From: Saprospiraceae bacterium
GTDB lineage: Bacteria; Bacteroidota; Bacteroidia; Chitinophagales; Saprospiraceae
DNA: 64,000 nucleotides
Assembly (NCBI GenBank): GCA_029262995.1
Contig: JAJCYH010000018.1
Location: 52,326 to 116,325 of the forward strand
Reading direction: 5' to 3'
A model generated the notes under the pieces. That model was not told the DNA's origin, ran no database searches, and saw only the letters and a list, made by a program, of their open reading frames with translations. Below, piece by piece: positions 8,384 to 18,950 of the stretch. Each line of letters begins with the position of its first letter. The stretch's first letter is position 1. A program made the translations under genes and the position numbers.

Positions 8384-11300
8384 ATGAAGTTAATCAATAT
8401 TATACTTATCATCCTGTCTTTTATGGGATCCGAAATATCAGGACAAACCGTTTTATATAGCGATCCTGCAGGACAATCACATACAAATACAGATGGTCCT
8501 GTACTTGATGTAACACCTGAAGTAGATATTTCTAATTGTACTTCAATTGAGTTCACAATCGACTATTCTTTCCCGGCTGGATGGGAAGGTGGAGGAAACC
8601 TCGAATATTTAGATGAATGCTGTATGGATTGTGATGGTGATCCTGAAAATCCAACTCAACTAGGATGTCTACAAAATATGACTTGTAGTGGTATGGTTGG
8701 CTGTTGGGATTTTATGTGGATTCGGTTTATGGTTGACGGTAATGCGATCACTGAAAATCTTATTGGTGATGAAGGCACTACAGATGCAGAAAGTTCCGGT
8801 ACCTTTTCATTTATCTATTGTGTTACCGAGGAAGAGAATGCTCACATTGAAATAACAAATCAAAACTGGGCTGCTGCTGAAACTAATATATATTCAAATG
8901 TAAGCATCTTATGCTGGGAAGGACAGCCAACCATAGAGCCCTTGAATTCAGCATGTAGTTCTTCTACACTGGACTTGATTGGTGATGCACTTGACCCATC
9001 CGTAGTTAACAGTTGGGAGTGGACAACAGATGGATCAGCAATAATTAATGATGATGCAAGTCAAATCACTTTTGCTAGCGGTGCCATGGATGGTGATGAA
9101 TTTACCTTGACAACAACTGATGTTAATGATTGCCAAGGTGTAGAAACAGCTGAAGTAGTGATTAACAATTTTGATGTAACTCTTCAAGGTGGTGGAGATC
9201 TCTGTGAAGGAGAATGTACAGATGATGATTCTGATCTAATCATTGAAATTTCTGGTGGAGAACCATTGTATGAACTTAGTTTTACGGTCAATGGAATTGC
9301 CGTACCATTTGCGCCTGCAACAGATGTAGATGCCGTAATTAGAATTTGTAATGACCCCGATGCTATTGTGCCAGAATATGATGAAGACACAAACCCTCCT
9401 CAATTAATTGTACCGAGTTTCCTATTCCCTATCGTTGTTGAATTGATAGATGTCGTTGATGCAAATGGATGTATGGGTAACATATTGGGTGGTTCTGTAG
9501 CATATGATATTGTTCCTCCTCCAGATATTAATCCTACAGAATCTCCATTCTATTGTGTAGATGAACCCGGTCTTATTGATTTGACACTTATGGATGATGA
9601 TATTGACCCGAATGACTTCGATGTACTCTGGTTTGAAGATTCAGATCTTGAAGATCAAATCAATAATCCTTCGCAGTATGATATTAGTAATGGAACAACT
9701 GTCTGGGCTGTAGTTGATGATGGTGAATGCTTTTCTGAGGCAATTGAAATTATGCTTGATATAAACTTCTTACCTCTAATTGATGTGATCCAATCTCCAT
9801 TATCTGGATGTTTTTCAGGAGATTTTATTCTTCCTCCTCTAGAAGATGTGGTCAATATTACAAATCCCAATAATCCTGGATATTATTTAGATGCTGAAGG
9901 AATTGATGGACCTTACACCAGTATTAACGCTGAAGAAGTCGATGAAATATACATTTTTGATTCTGCAGGTCCAGATTGTTCTACTTCTGTCGTCATTCCT
10001 CTTAATCTATTTGAAGCTCCTGATGTTGAAAGTCCTATTGATGGACTTGCTGGTTGTGGGTCCTTAATACTACCATTCCCCGAAGGTAATAATATTGATG
10101 ATTTCCAGTACAACCTTGAAGAAGATGGAACAGGGTTTTCATTTGATGCAGGAGATATCATAAATTCAGCTGATAACATATCAGAATTATTTCTCATAGC
10201 TTTAAGTAATAACGGTTGTGAAGTAGTCATAGAAGTTGATATTACTTTGGAATCAGATATTAATTATATAGTAAATATTCCTTCCCAACTCTGTGATTCA
10301 CTGGTTTTACCTTCTATTTTACCATCTACAGGTGGAGAAGCATACTATACCGCTTCAATGGGAATGGGGATACAATTAATAGCAGGTGATGTGATTTATG
10401 CACCATTTAATGGGGACTTATATATTTTCGATACCAGTCTTGATGCAAATTGTGCAAGTGAAGATACTATAAATATTAATTTTGGTTTGGGACTTGAACC
10501 TATATTTCCATCCGATACTATGGCTTGTGAATTTATTGTTCTTCCAGAATTTGGTGGGGTAACTGGTCCTAATATCAGGTATGCTCAATTTCCTATAACA
10601 GATTTAAATTCAAGTTATTACCCAGGGGATACGCTTGCTTTCTCACAAATTTTATTTGTTTTGGATACGATTGGATCATGTGAGTTCTTTGATAGCATGA
10701 CTGTAGTAATAGTCAAAGAACCCTTTGCTGGTAGTGATACTACTTTAATTATATGTGAAGGCTTTGAGTCCAGTAATTTTGATTTCATGTCTTTACTTTC
10801 AAACCCTGATACTGGAGGGGAATGGAATTACCCTGTCGTGCCTGACTTTATGCCTTTTGATTCAACGATGATTGATCTTGATGTATTTCCAATTGGAAAT
10901 TTTAATTTTCAATATACTATTGAAGATAGCATTTGTGGAATTTATACAAGTGAGATAAGTCTTCAAGTGATAGAACCACCTTATGGCGGTGAAAACAATA
11001 ATATCAGTTTGTGCCAAGGTGTAAACAACTTAAATTTCATGGAACTCGTGTCCAGTCCTGATACAGGAGGTGCTTGGGAACAAGTATTGGGTCCTGAGCC
11101 AGTAGTCTTTGCAGATAGTTCTTCTGTAGACTTATCTGGTTTAATCAACGGTCTTTATGGTTTTCTTTATGTGATCGAAGGTGAAGCCATAACTGAATAT
11201 TGCGAGCCCGAATCTTCCTCACTGTTTATTACAATTGGATCTGGTGTAAACGCAGGATCTGATACCTTGACGACTGCATGCCAAGGTGAAATCGTTGAAC

Positions 11301-13945
11301 TGACAAATCTGCTATCTGGGGATGCTGATTCCAATGGCTTTTTTGAAGGCAATAATATAGTATTCAGTGGAACAAGCTGGAACACTTCCGCATCAATACC
11401 TAACCTCACTTATGACATTCGGTATATAATACTCAGTAATGACCAATCATGTCCAGGAGATACAGCTAAAATAAGTATCTATCTTGTTGAGCAATTGTCA
11501 GCAGGAAATGCAATAACACCTGCTATCGCATGCGAGGGAGATCTTGTAGATTTAAACAACTTCATCATTAATGCCTCTGGTCCTGGTGTTTTCATCACTC
11601 AAGCAGATCCTAGTGCAGAAATAATAAACGGTTTATGGACAGGCAATACGACAGAAGATTTCTACTTTATTATAGAAGGTACAGAATCATGTGATTCTGA
11701 CACCCTTTCTTTTTCAGTTGAAATAATAAACAGACCTTCCTATAATGTTGTATTCTCGGGCAATGAATTATGTTCTGGAAATGAAAATCTGGCAATAGAC
11801 CTAAATATTATCCCTTTAGGGTCAAACACAAATATATTTGAATTTTACTTGTTTAATAATTTAGACAATTCTCTAATTTATCAAGCAGATTCAACCAGTC
11901 AAAACACCATTAACCTTAAAGTAATATCAAGTACCAATGGACCACTATTATCCAACGATACTTTATTCATTAACGCTATGCCAGGGGAGTATAGAATGCA
12001 AATTCTAGCCTTTGATGATTCGGGCCTTTGCCAGGATGATCAAAATGTAGAAGTTGTTATTGAGGTTTTTGAATCATTTATAGTAAATATTGATGCGCAA
12101 ATTTGTGAAGAAGAATCTTTTGAATATGATGGAGTTTTCTATACCAGCTCCCAAGTATTGAATTTCCCTGGAGGCACTGCTGGTTGTGACAGTATCATTA
12201 ATATAAATATTTCTAACTATCCTCAGGAGGTAGGAACATTTTCTGGAGTATTCTGTACAGGAGATACCATACAAATATTGGGACAAAGCTATTTTGAAAA
12301 CATACAAATTCTTGAAACTTTTTCTGGTGAATCTAGTTTTGGTTGTGACTCATTGATAATGATAGACCTCATATTTGAATCTACAGTTATCACTAATATT
12401 TCAGAAGAACTGTGTGAGGGTGAGGAAATTGAAATCAATAACACCATATATAACTTTTCAAATCCATCTGGCATGGATACGCTTATAAGCATCATGGGTT
12501 GCGATAGTATCATTCTTATAAATGTTAGTTTTTTATCTTCACAAGAATCAGATTTTCAAATACAAATCTGCTCAGATGAAAGTATAACTATAGGAACAGA
12601 CATCTATGATATTGATAATTTATCTGGAGTTAGCATCTTGGAAAATGCTGCCTCAAATGGTTGCGATAGTATAGTCAATATTGACTTAGAACTTTACTCT
12701 GAAGCCGTATTTACGCTCCTTAATGAAATATGTCCAGGCGATAGCATACAGGTAGGAGGAGTTAGTTATGATGAAAATAATTTGACCGGAACAAGCATTT
12801 TACCTAATGTCGCTTCAAATGGCTGCGACAGCATTGTAAATGTAACATTGACCTTGCTTAGCCCAGCAGTAAATAATTTGACAGGTAACATTTGCGAAAG
12901 CGAAAACCTATTGGTTGGATCTGATATTTATGATATAAATAATTTGATCGGAACAACTGTTTTATCAGGAGCTGCATTAAATGGTTGTGATAGTATTGTC
13001 AATGTAGAACTAACCGTACAAGTGCCTCCAGTCTTTTCTTTGAATCAAAGCATTTGTCCTGGAGAAGAAATCATTATAGGTGGAGACATATATGATCAAG
13101 ATAATTTATCAGGAAGTACAACCTTGCCCAATCAATCCGTCTTCGGATGCGACAGTATTGTAAATGTAAATTTGCAATTAACCTTAAGCATGGCAGAGAT
13201 CATCACTACAAGTTTATGTCCTGAAGATTCTGAAGGTCTAGTAATAATAAATGAAACTGAGAATTTGGAATATCCTATTGACATCAGTGTTAACAACAAC
13301 TTTATCGGTTCATACGATTCAAGCCCTATCGAGTTAATGCTTCCTCCTGGCATGTTAAACATAAGTATCCTAGATGCCAATTCTTGTACATACGAAGAGT
13401 TGGTTAGCCTTGATGTTTTAGCTGACTTGGGGTTAGATTTAATGGTCAAGGAGATATCTGAAAATCTATATGAATTAAGTTATGTAAATAACTTTGAGGA
13501 AACTTCCATAGAATGGGTAATTGATTTTGGAGGAACGATACAAAATGAAGAATCCATTGGTGTAGAAATCACTGAGGATACACAAGTTAATCTTGTACTA
13601 ATTTCAGCTGAAGGATGCCAGATCAGTACTTCTGTATTACTACAATATATTCGACCTGTAGAAGAATTCAACTTTTATATCCCAAATGTATTTGACATAT
13701 CTGATCCAGGCAATAATACATTCACCGTTCTAGGCAATAACTTAGTAATTACCGACATGAGCATATACGACCGTTGGGGTAACCTGGTCTATTTTAATGA
13801 CGGCTCTGACGGAAAAGAATTCACTTGGGATGGAAGGATGAATGAACGTCTTTTGGAACAAGGTGTTTATATATATAAGATCACTGTTTTGGACAATACA
13901 TCCAATCCTCAAACAATTGTTGGTGATATTACTCTAATTCGCTAA
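8384..13945 (+). CDS. Giant secreted Cys-rich repeat protein with gliding-motility-type (T9SS type B, CHU_C-like) C-terminal domain
   Basis: Signal peptide, acidic and Cys-rich sequence throughout. Seven tandem modules of about 52-55 aa end in GCDSI(V/I)N (nt about 12094..13190). The C-terminus reads FYIPNVF...FTVLG...IYDRWGNLVYF...FTWDG...GVYIYKI, typical of the type B sorting domain. Confidence 0.8.
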   Translation: MKLINIILIILSFMGSEISGQTVLYSDPAGQSHTNTDGPVLDVTPEVDISNCTSIEFTIDYSFPAGWEGGGNLEYLDECCMDCDGDPENPTQLGCLQNMTCSGMVGCWDFMWIRFMVDGNAITENLIGDEGTTDAESSGTFSFIYCVTEEENAHIEITNQNWAAAETNIYSNVSILCWEGQPTIEPLNSACSSSTLDLIGDALDPSVVNSWEWTTDGSAIINDDASQITFASGAMDGDEFTLTTTDVNDCQGVETAEVVINNFDVTLQGGGDLCEGECTDDDSDLIIEISGGEPLYELSFTVNGIAVPFAPATDVDAVIRICNDPDAIVPEYDEDTNPPQLIVPSFLFPIVVELIDVVDANGCMGNILGGSVAYDIVPPPDINPTESPFYCVDEPGLIDLTLMDDDIDPNDFDVLWFEDSDLEDQINNPSQYDISNGTTVWAVVDDGECFSEAIEIMLDINFLPLIDVIQSPLSGCFSGDFILPPLEDVVNITNPNNPGYYLDAEGIDGPYTSINAEEVDEIYIFDSAGPDCSTSVVIPLNLFEAPDVESPIDGLAGCGSLILPFPEGNNIDDFQYNLEEDGTGFSFDAGDIINSADNISELFLIALSNNGCEVVIEVDITLESDINYIVNIPSQLCDSLVLPSILPSTGGEAYYTASMGMGIQLIAGDVIYAPFNGDLYIFDTSLDANCASEDTININFGLGLEPIFPSDTMACEFIVLPEFGGVTGPNIRYAQFPITDLNSSYYPGDTLAFSQILFVLDTIGSCEFFDSMTVVIVKEPFAGSDTTLIICEGFESSNFDFMSLLSNPDTGGEWNYPVVPDFMPFDSTMIDLDVFPIGNFNFQYTIEDSICGIYTSEISLQVIEPPYGGENNNISLCQGVNNLNFMELVSSPDTGGAWEQVLGPEPVVFADSSSVDLSGLINGLYGFLYVIEGEAITEYCEPESSSLFITIGSGVNAGSDTLTTACQGEIVELTNLLSGDADSNGFFEGNNIVFSGTSWNTSASIPNLTYDIRYIILSNDQSCPGDTAKISIYLVEQLSAGNAITPAIACEGDLVDLNNFIINASGPGVFITQADPSAEIINGLWTGNTTEDFYFIIEGTESCDSDTLSFSVEIINRPSYNVVFSGNELCSGNENLAIDLNIIPLGSNTNIFEFYLFNNLDNSLIYQADSTSQNTINLKVISSTNGPLLSNDTLFINAMPGEYRMQILAFDDSGLCQDDQNVEVVIEVFESFIVNIDAQICEEESFEYDGVFYTSSQVLNFPGGTAGCDSIININISNYPQEVGTFSGVFCTGDTIQILGQSYFENIQILETFSGESSFGCDSLIMIDLIFESTVITNISEELCEGEEIEINNTIYNFSNPSGMDTLISIMGCDSIILINVSFLSSQESDFQIQICSDESITIGTDIYDIDNLSGVSILENAASNGCDSIVNIDLELYSEAVFTLLNEICPGDSIQVGGVSYDENNLTGTSILPNVASNGCDSIVNVTLTLLSPAVNNLTGNICESENLLVGSDIYDINNLIGTTVLSGAALNGCDSIVNVELTVQVPPVFSLNQSICPGEEIIIGGDIYDQDNLSGSTTLPNQSVFGCDSIVNVNLQLTLSMAEIITTSLCPEDSEGLVIINETENLEYPIDISVNNNFIGSYDSSPIELMLPPGMLNISILDANSCTYEELVSLDVLADLGLDLMVKEISENLYELSYVNNFEETSIEWVIDFGGTIQNEESIGVEITEDTQVNLVLISAEGCQISTSVLLQYIRPVEEFNFYIPNVFDISDPGNNTFTVLGNNLVITDMSIYDRWGNLVYFNDGSDGKEFTWDGRMNERLLEQGVYIYKITVLDNTSNPQTIVGDITLIR

Positions 13946-13989
13946 TTAAAAAGCCTTTAATCATATTGTATTATTATATAATATGTTAT

Positions 13990-13997
13990 TAACTTTG
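13990..13997 (+). promoter_or_regulatory. Candidate -7 box TAACTTTG upstream of parE
   Basis: Matches TAnnTTTG, 38 nt before the ATG at 14035. Confidence 0.3.
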
Positions 13998-14034
13998 GCT
14001 TGACATCAGAATATGATGTTTAAATAAATTCGAA

Positions 14035-15918
14035 ATGACTCAAGTAAGCTATACCGAAGATAACATCAAGTCCTTAGATTGGAAACAACATATACGATTA
14101 CGTCCCGGGATGTATATCGGTAAACTTGGTGATGGATCAACTACAGACGATGGAATATATGTACTTCTTAAAGAGGTAATCGACAATTGCATAGATGAAT
14201 ATGTAATGGGCCATGGCAAACAGATTATCATAGAAATAGAAGATGGAGTAGTTTCAATAAGGGATTTTGGAAGAGGCATCCCTCTGGGTAAATTAGTGGA
14301 TTGCGTATCAAAAATTAATACTGGAGGTAAATATGATTCCAAAGCGTTTAAAAAATCTGTAGGGCTAAATGGTGTAGGTACAAAAGCTGTTAATGCATTA
14401 TCCGACTACTTTAAAGTATCAGCTTTTAGAGAAGGTAAATGCAAGTTGGCAGAATTTAATCAAGGTGAGCTCATTTCCGAATCCAAAATAACAAAGTCTA
14501 AAGAAGACAATGGAACCTTAATTGAATTTCACCCTGATCCTGAAATTTTTAAAAAATTCAAATTTAGAGAAGAGTTCATTGCTGAAAGATTATGGGATTA
14601 TGCTTATTTGAATGCCGGTCTAAAAATTATATTTAACAAAAAGACCTATCATTCAAAAAACGGACTTTTAGATTTGCTTGAAAGCAAAACAGATCCAGAC
14701 AAATTAAGGTATCCAATTATCCATTTGAAATCAGAAGATATTGAATTCACCTTAACACATGGTGGACAATATGGTGAGGAATATTATTCTTTCGTCAATG
14801 GTCAGAACACTACCCATGGGGGAACACATTTACAGGCATTTAGAGAAGCAATCGTTAAGACGGTCCGTGATCATTACAATAAAAGTTTTGATTCACGTGA
14901 TATTCAGTCTGCTATCATAGGCGCAATATCTGTCAGAGTTGAAGAACCCGTTTTTGAAAGCCAAACAAAAACCAAATTAGGATCTCTTAAAATGTCACCA
15001 GATGGCATGACAGTAAGATCTTTCATAATGGATTTCGTAAAGGAAAATCTTGATAATTTCCTTCACAAAAATAAATCCCATGCAGATGCTCTTTTAAAAA
15101 GAATTCAACAATCTGAAAGAGAAAGAAAGGAAATTGCAGGCATCAAAAAATTAGCTAACCAAAGAGCTAAAAAAGCAAATATTCACAATAAGAAGCTCCG
15201 AGATTGCAAAGCACATTACAATGATAAAAAAGGCGATGAAACCGAGAAAAATGGTACTACCATATTTATTACCGAAGGTGATTCCGCAAGTGGATCAATT
15301 ACCAAGGCAAGAGATGTAAGAACCCAGGCTGTCTTTTCTCTTAGAGGTAAACCTCTAAACAGTTTTGGGCAAACCAAAAAAATCGTATATGAAAATGAAG
15401 AATTAAATCTTTTGCAACATGCCCTTAATATTGAAGATGGTCTTGAAGGTTTAAGATTTAATAAAGTAGTAATCGCAACTGATGCTGATGTTGATGGTAT
15501 GCATATCCGATTGCTATTACTGACTTTTTTCTTACAGTTTTTTCCAGACCTTGTAAGGGAAAAACACTTGTATATTCTTGAGACTCCGCTATTTAGAGTA
15601 AGAGATAAGCGAAAAACATTTTATTGTTATTCAGAACAAGAAAAACAGCAAGCCATTAAGGCTCTAAAGGGCAATGCAGAAATTACTCGATTTAAAGGGC
15701 TCGGAGAAATCTCACCTGACGAATTTGGTGGGTTCATAGGTGAAAAGATAAAACTTGAACCGGTAAGAATTAAAAACAACACTAAAATTACAGATCTCTT
15801 AAGCTATTATATGGGTAAAAACACCCTCGAAAGACAACATTTTATCATCGATAATCTAAAAGTTGAGCTTGATAGTCTTGAAAACAATGAAGTTATTGAG
15901 TTGGAAGGTGAGGGGTGA
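14035..15918 (+). CDS. parE: Type IIA DNA topoisomerase subunit B (topoisomerase IV ParE-like)
   Basis: GHKL ATPase N-terminus ([29 protein letters not shown]) and Toprim region ([22 protein letters not shown]). I favour ParE over GyrB from the 627-aa length and the N-terminal sequence, but this is not certain. The last codons and the stop lie in the heptamer array. Confidence 0.8.
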   Translation: MTQVSYTEDNIKSLDWKQHIRLRPGMYIGKLGDGSTTDDGIYVLLKEVIDNCIDEYVMGHGKQIIIEIEDGVVSIRDFGRGIPLGKLVDCVSKINTGGKYDSKAFKKSVGLNGVGTKAVNALSDYFKVSAFREGKCKLAEFNQGELISESKITKSKEDNGTLIEFHPDPEIFKKFKFREEFIAERLWDYAYLNAGLKIIFNKKTYHSKNGLLDLLESKTDPDKLRYPIIHLKSEDIEFTLTHGGQYGEEYYSFVNGQNTTHGGTHLQAFREAIVKTVRDHYNKSFDSRDIQSAIIGAISVRVEEPVFESQTKTKLGSLKMSPDGMTVRSFIMDFVKENLDNFLHKNKSHADALLKRIQQSERERKEIAGIKKLANQRAKKANIHNKKLRDCKAHYNDKKGDETEKNGTTIFITEGDSASGSITKARDVRTQAVFSLRGKPLNSFGQTKKIVYENEELNLLQHALNIEDGLEGLRFNKVVIATDADVDGMHIRLLLLTFFLQFFPDLVREKHLYILETPLFRVRDKRKTFYCYSEQEKQQAIKALKGNAEITRFKGLGEISPDEFGGFIGEKIKLEPVRIKNNTKITDLLSYYMGKNTLERQHFIIDNLKVELDSLENNEVIELEGEG

Positions 15919-16230
15919 GGAGTGAGGACTGAAAACTGAGGACTGAGGGGTGAGGAGTGAGGACTGAGGACTGAGGACTGAAAACTGAGGAGTGAGGGGT
16001 GAGGACTGAGAAGTGAGGGGTGAGGACTGAGGAGTGAGGGGTGAGGACTGAGGAGTGAGGAGTGAGGAGTGAGGGGTGAGGAGTGAGGGGTGAGGACTGA
16101 AAACTGAGGAGTGAGGACTGAGGACTGAGGAGTGAGGGGTGAGGACTGAGGGGTGAGGAGTGAGGACTGAAAACTGAGGACTGAGGAGTGAGGGGTGAGG
16201 AGTGAGGGGTGAGGAGTGAGGAGTGAGGAG
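15909..16230. repeat. Tandem array of 46 degenerate heptanucleotide units, consensus TGAGGNN
   Basis: Counted by hand: 16 TGAGGAG, 14 TGAGGAC, 11 TGAGGGG, 4 TGAAAAC, 1 TGAGAAG. The 7-nt register is unbroken over 322 nt. Confidence 0.97.
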
Positions 16231-16315
16231 TAATAAAATAGTTTTACCAACACCATGATATCAAACTACCGTCTTAAGGAGTATAGCTTAATTTAAAATC
16301 ACAAACACTTCTAAG

Positions 16316-17602
16316 ATGAAAAATACAATCAAATACTATTTCCCAACTGTCCTTTTGTTTGCTTTTATCTGTATTAACTTGAGTTCATGCCTGAAAGATG
16401 AATGTACTGAAGAAAGAAACTTTCTAGAATATAGAAGTCTCTTTGTCAAAGCTGAAGAATTCAGAATCGATCCTAGCTTTGAAAGCAGCAAGGTTCTGAA
16501 AAATACAGGAAAAATATACTTTTATCAGGATTACATATTCATTAATGAAAGAAATGAAGGCATACATATCATTGACAACTCTAACCCTCTACAACCTGAC
16601 AACATTGGATTTATCAATATCCCAGGAAATGTCGATATAGCCATTAAGGGAACAACATTATACGCTGACAACTACGCCGATCTTTTAACAATTGACATTA
16701 GTAATTTCCAACAACCAACACTTCTTTGCAGAGACGAAGATGTTTTCAGCAGTTACTGGATTGATCCACAAAGAGGCTATTATGTAGGTGTAGAAGCTAC
16801 GGGAAGAACCATGACGCTAGATTGTTCAGATCCGAACTTTGGAGACAATACATTTAATCGAAATGGGTTCATTCTTTTTAATGAAGATGCTAACATTTCA
16901 ACAGGAGCACCGACTGCATTAAACAATAACGGAAGTACCGGAGTAGGAGGATCATTTGCGCGATTTACCATTAGAAATAACTTTTTGTATGTCATCAACC
17001 AGCAAGAACTTATTCCTTACGATGTATCAGGTAGTAATTGTCCTGATAGAGGAGAAATCACTTATGTAAGTTGGGGAATTGAAACACTTTTCCCTTATAA
17101 ACAATATCTATTTATTGGCGCTAACAATGGCATGTATATCTATGATGCTACAGTACCATCTCAACCACAATATGTATCAGAATTTAGACATGCCAATTCT
17201 TGTGATCCTGTATTTGTACAAGATGATATTGCCTATGTAACCTTAAGAAATGGAACCAATTGCCAGAACTTTATCAATGAGCTCAATATCTTAGATGTCT
17301 CAGATATACGCTCTCCTGAATTGATTAAATCCTATGATATGGAACATCCTCATGGGTTATCAGTAAGTGGAAATAAACTATATCTATGTGAGGGAGCTTA
17401 TGGCCTAAAAGTATTTGAAACCGATGATCTTAAAAATATTGATGATCATAAAATAGACCACATTAAAAACATTCATGCATACGATGCTATTTCTCTTAGT
17501 TTAGAACATCTGTTAGTTATTGGTAAAGATGGTCTATATCAATATGATACAAGCAATCCTTCTAATCTATCAGAAATGAGTTTTATAAGCGTAGAAAAAT
17601 AA
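16316..17602 (+). CDS. Lipoprotein with LVIVD-type beta-propeller repeats
   Basis: Lipobox (INLSSC). Recurring segments GIHIIDNSNPLQP, LLTIDISNFQQP, LNILDVSDIRSPE and GLKVFETDDL resemble LVIVD repeats. Confidence 0.55.
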   Translation: MKNTIKYYFPTVLLFAFICINLSSCLKDECTEERNFLEYRSLFVKAEEFRIDPSFESSKVLKNTGKIYFYQDYIFINERNEGIHIIDNSNPLQPDNIGFINIPGNVDIAIKGTTLYADNYADLLTIDISNFQQPTLLCRDEDVFSSYWIDPQRGYYVGVEATGRTMTLDCSDPNFGDNTFNRNGFILFNEDANISTGAPTALNNNGSTGVGGSFARFTIRNNFLYVINQQELIPYDVSGSNCPDRGEITYVSWGIETLFPYKQYLFIGANNGMYIYDATVPSQPQYVSEFRHANSCDPVFVQDDIAYVTLRNGTNCQNFINELNILDVSDIRSPELIKSYDMEHPHGLSVSGNKLYLCEGAYGLKVFETDDLKNIDDHKIDHIKNIHAYDAISLSLEHLLVIGKDGLYQYDTSNPSNLSEMSFISVEK

Positions 17603-17608
17603 ATTAAG

Positions 17609-18382
17609 ATGAAAACATTAGCGCATATAAAAGTATTGACATTTTTGCTGGTCTTATTTTCAGTAGGACAACTATCCGCACAGTCAGAGCAAGTCCCTGA
17701 TAACAGGATGGCGATCATCCATCTTAAAAATGGAAACCTTGTAGAAGGAGAAATCATCGATTGGAATTTTGGAGAGTCAATTACAATAAAATTTCCTTGG
17801 GGAGCAACGACTAAATTTCAACAGTATGAAATTAAAAAGATTACGCAAAAGTCTGCCAAAGCAAATTTGCAAGCACCATATAGCTTCAAAGAAAATGGCA
17901 TTTACTATAACGTAAGAACTCACATCATTGCCGGTAATGATGGACAAAGAGCAAATGGTGTGTTTGGCACTGGAGTATCTCTGTCAGCAGGTCATCGATT
18001 CAATAGATGGTTCAGCCTAGGCGGAGGAATAGGATATGATCGTTTTATATGGGAGTCAGGTGAAAACCTGATCCCCATTTTCGCAGAAGTCACTGGATTT
18101 TTTAATCCAAAAAATACTTCTTTGTTTTATAACTTACAGAGTGGGTATTCTTTTGCAAGTACTGATGAGCAATATTTATTGATTGAAGCCAAAGGAGGGT
18201 TTATGGTTTATCCCAATATTGGTATCCGATGGGGCCATGAATCAACAAGCTTTTTAGTAAGCTTTGGTTATAAATTTCAAAATGCCGAATTTACTTATGC
18301 TAATCCATGGAATTTTGGAGAAACTTCTAGGCATGATATTTTGTATAAACGTATGACTTTAGGATTTGGAGTCACTTTGTAA
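17609..18382 (+). CDS. Hypothetical secreted protein, probable small outer-membrane beta-barrel with an N-terminal globular domain
   Basis: Signal peptide ending LSAQ. The C-terminal half has alternating aromatic/Gly-rich beta-strand-like sequence. Confidence 0.4.
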   Translation: MKTLAHIKVLTFLLVLFSVGQLSAQSEQVPDNRMAIIHLKNGNLVEGEIIDWNFGESITIKFPWGATTKFQQYEIKKITQKSAKANLQAPYSFKENGIYYNVRTHIIAGNDGQRANGVFGTGVSLSAGHRFNRWFSLGGGIGYDRFIWESGENLIPIFAEVTGFFNPKNTSLFYNLQSGYSFASTDEQYLLIEAKGGFMVYPNIGIRWGHESTSFLVSFGYKFQNAEFTYANPWNFGETSRHDILYKRMTLGFGVTL

Positions 18383-18390
18383 AGAAAAAA

Positions 18391-18921
18391 ATGAGATTTT
18401 TAATTTTAATTAATACAGTTTCAATTCTACTAACTTTATCCTCATGTGCTAAAGAAGAAACCAAAGCATGCCAGGAATTGGTGATTGTCTCCGACTGGAA
18501 CACCGAAAACTTTAAGTCAGAATATTATATTCAATTTCCTGAACAATATGAAGGATTTGGAATGGCAGGGTTTGAAGGTAATTTGTTCTCCAAATTTAAA
18601 GCAGACAGCTCTGCCCTATTCAAGTACTTTTATTGCGGCCCATTATTCTGTGAAGATTTTGGCGGAAGCCTAGAAAGTCCTCAACCTGATCAATTGTTAA
18701 TTGTAAATCAACAAAATCAATATTTTACTCTTGATCAAAAGCAAACATTCTGTTACAACAATGCGGAAGTTGGAATACTATATTATAATGACGTTCAAAG
18801 AATACAAGGTAGGTACTTTATGAAGATTAACCAAGAGTTTCTAGAAGCTTTAAGCGTTGAATTTGATGAATCAAATCGTGACGAAGTTTTTGCAATAATT
18901 GCTTCAATACACAAAATATAA
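18391..18921 (+). CDS. Hypothetical lipoprotein
   Basis: Lipobox LTLSSC. I recognise no family. Confidence 0.4.
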   Translation: MRFLILINTVSILLTLSSCAKEETKACQELVIVSDWNTENFKSEYYIQFPEQYEGFGMAGFEGNLFSKFKADSSALFKYFYCGPLFCEDFGGSLESPQPDQLLIVNQQNQYFTLDQKQTFCYNNAEVGILYYNDVQRIQGRYFMKINQEFLEALSVEFDESNRDEVFAIIASIHKI

Positions 18922-18950
18922 TTGATTGAAAGTTGTCTGATCAGACATAT

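Noticed and set aside
15909-16230. Possible CRISPR array
   Set aside because: The units are 7 nt and directly abutting, with no spacers. There are no cas genes in the window.
15807-16256. 149-aa minus-strand ORF with a 7-aa periodic Ser/Leu/Pro/Thr/His sequence
   Set aside because: It is simply the translation of the heptamer array (3 units = 21 nt = 7 aa). All three minus-strand frames are open there because the complement units contain no stop codons. The ORF then runs antisense into the parE 3' end. It has no signal peptide and no independent support.
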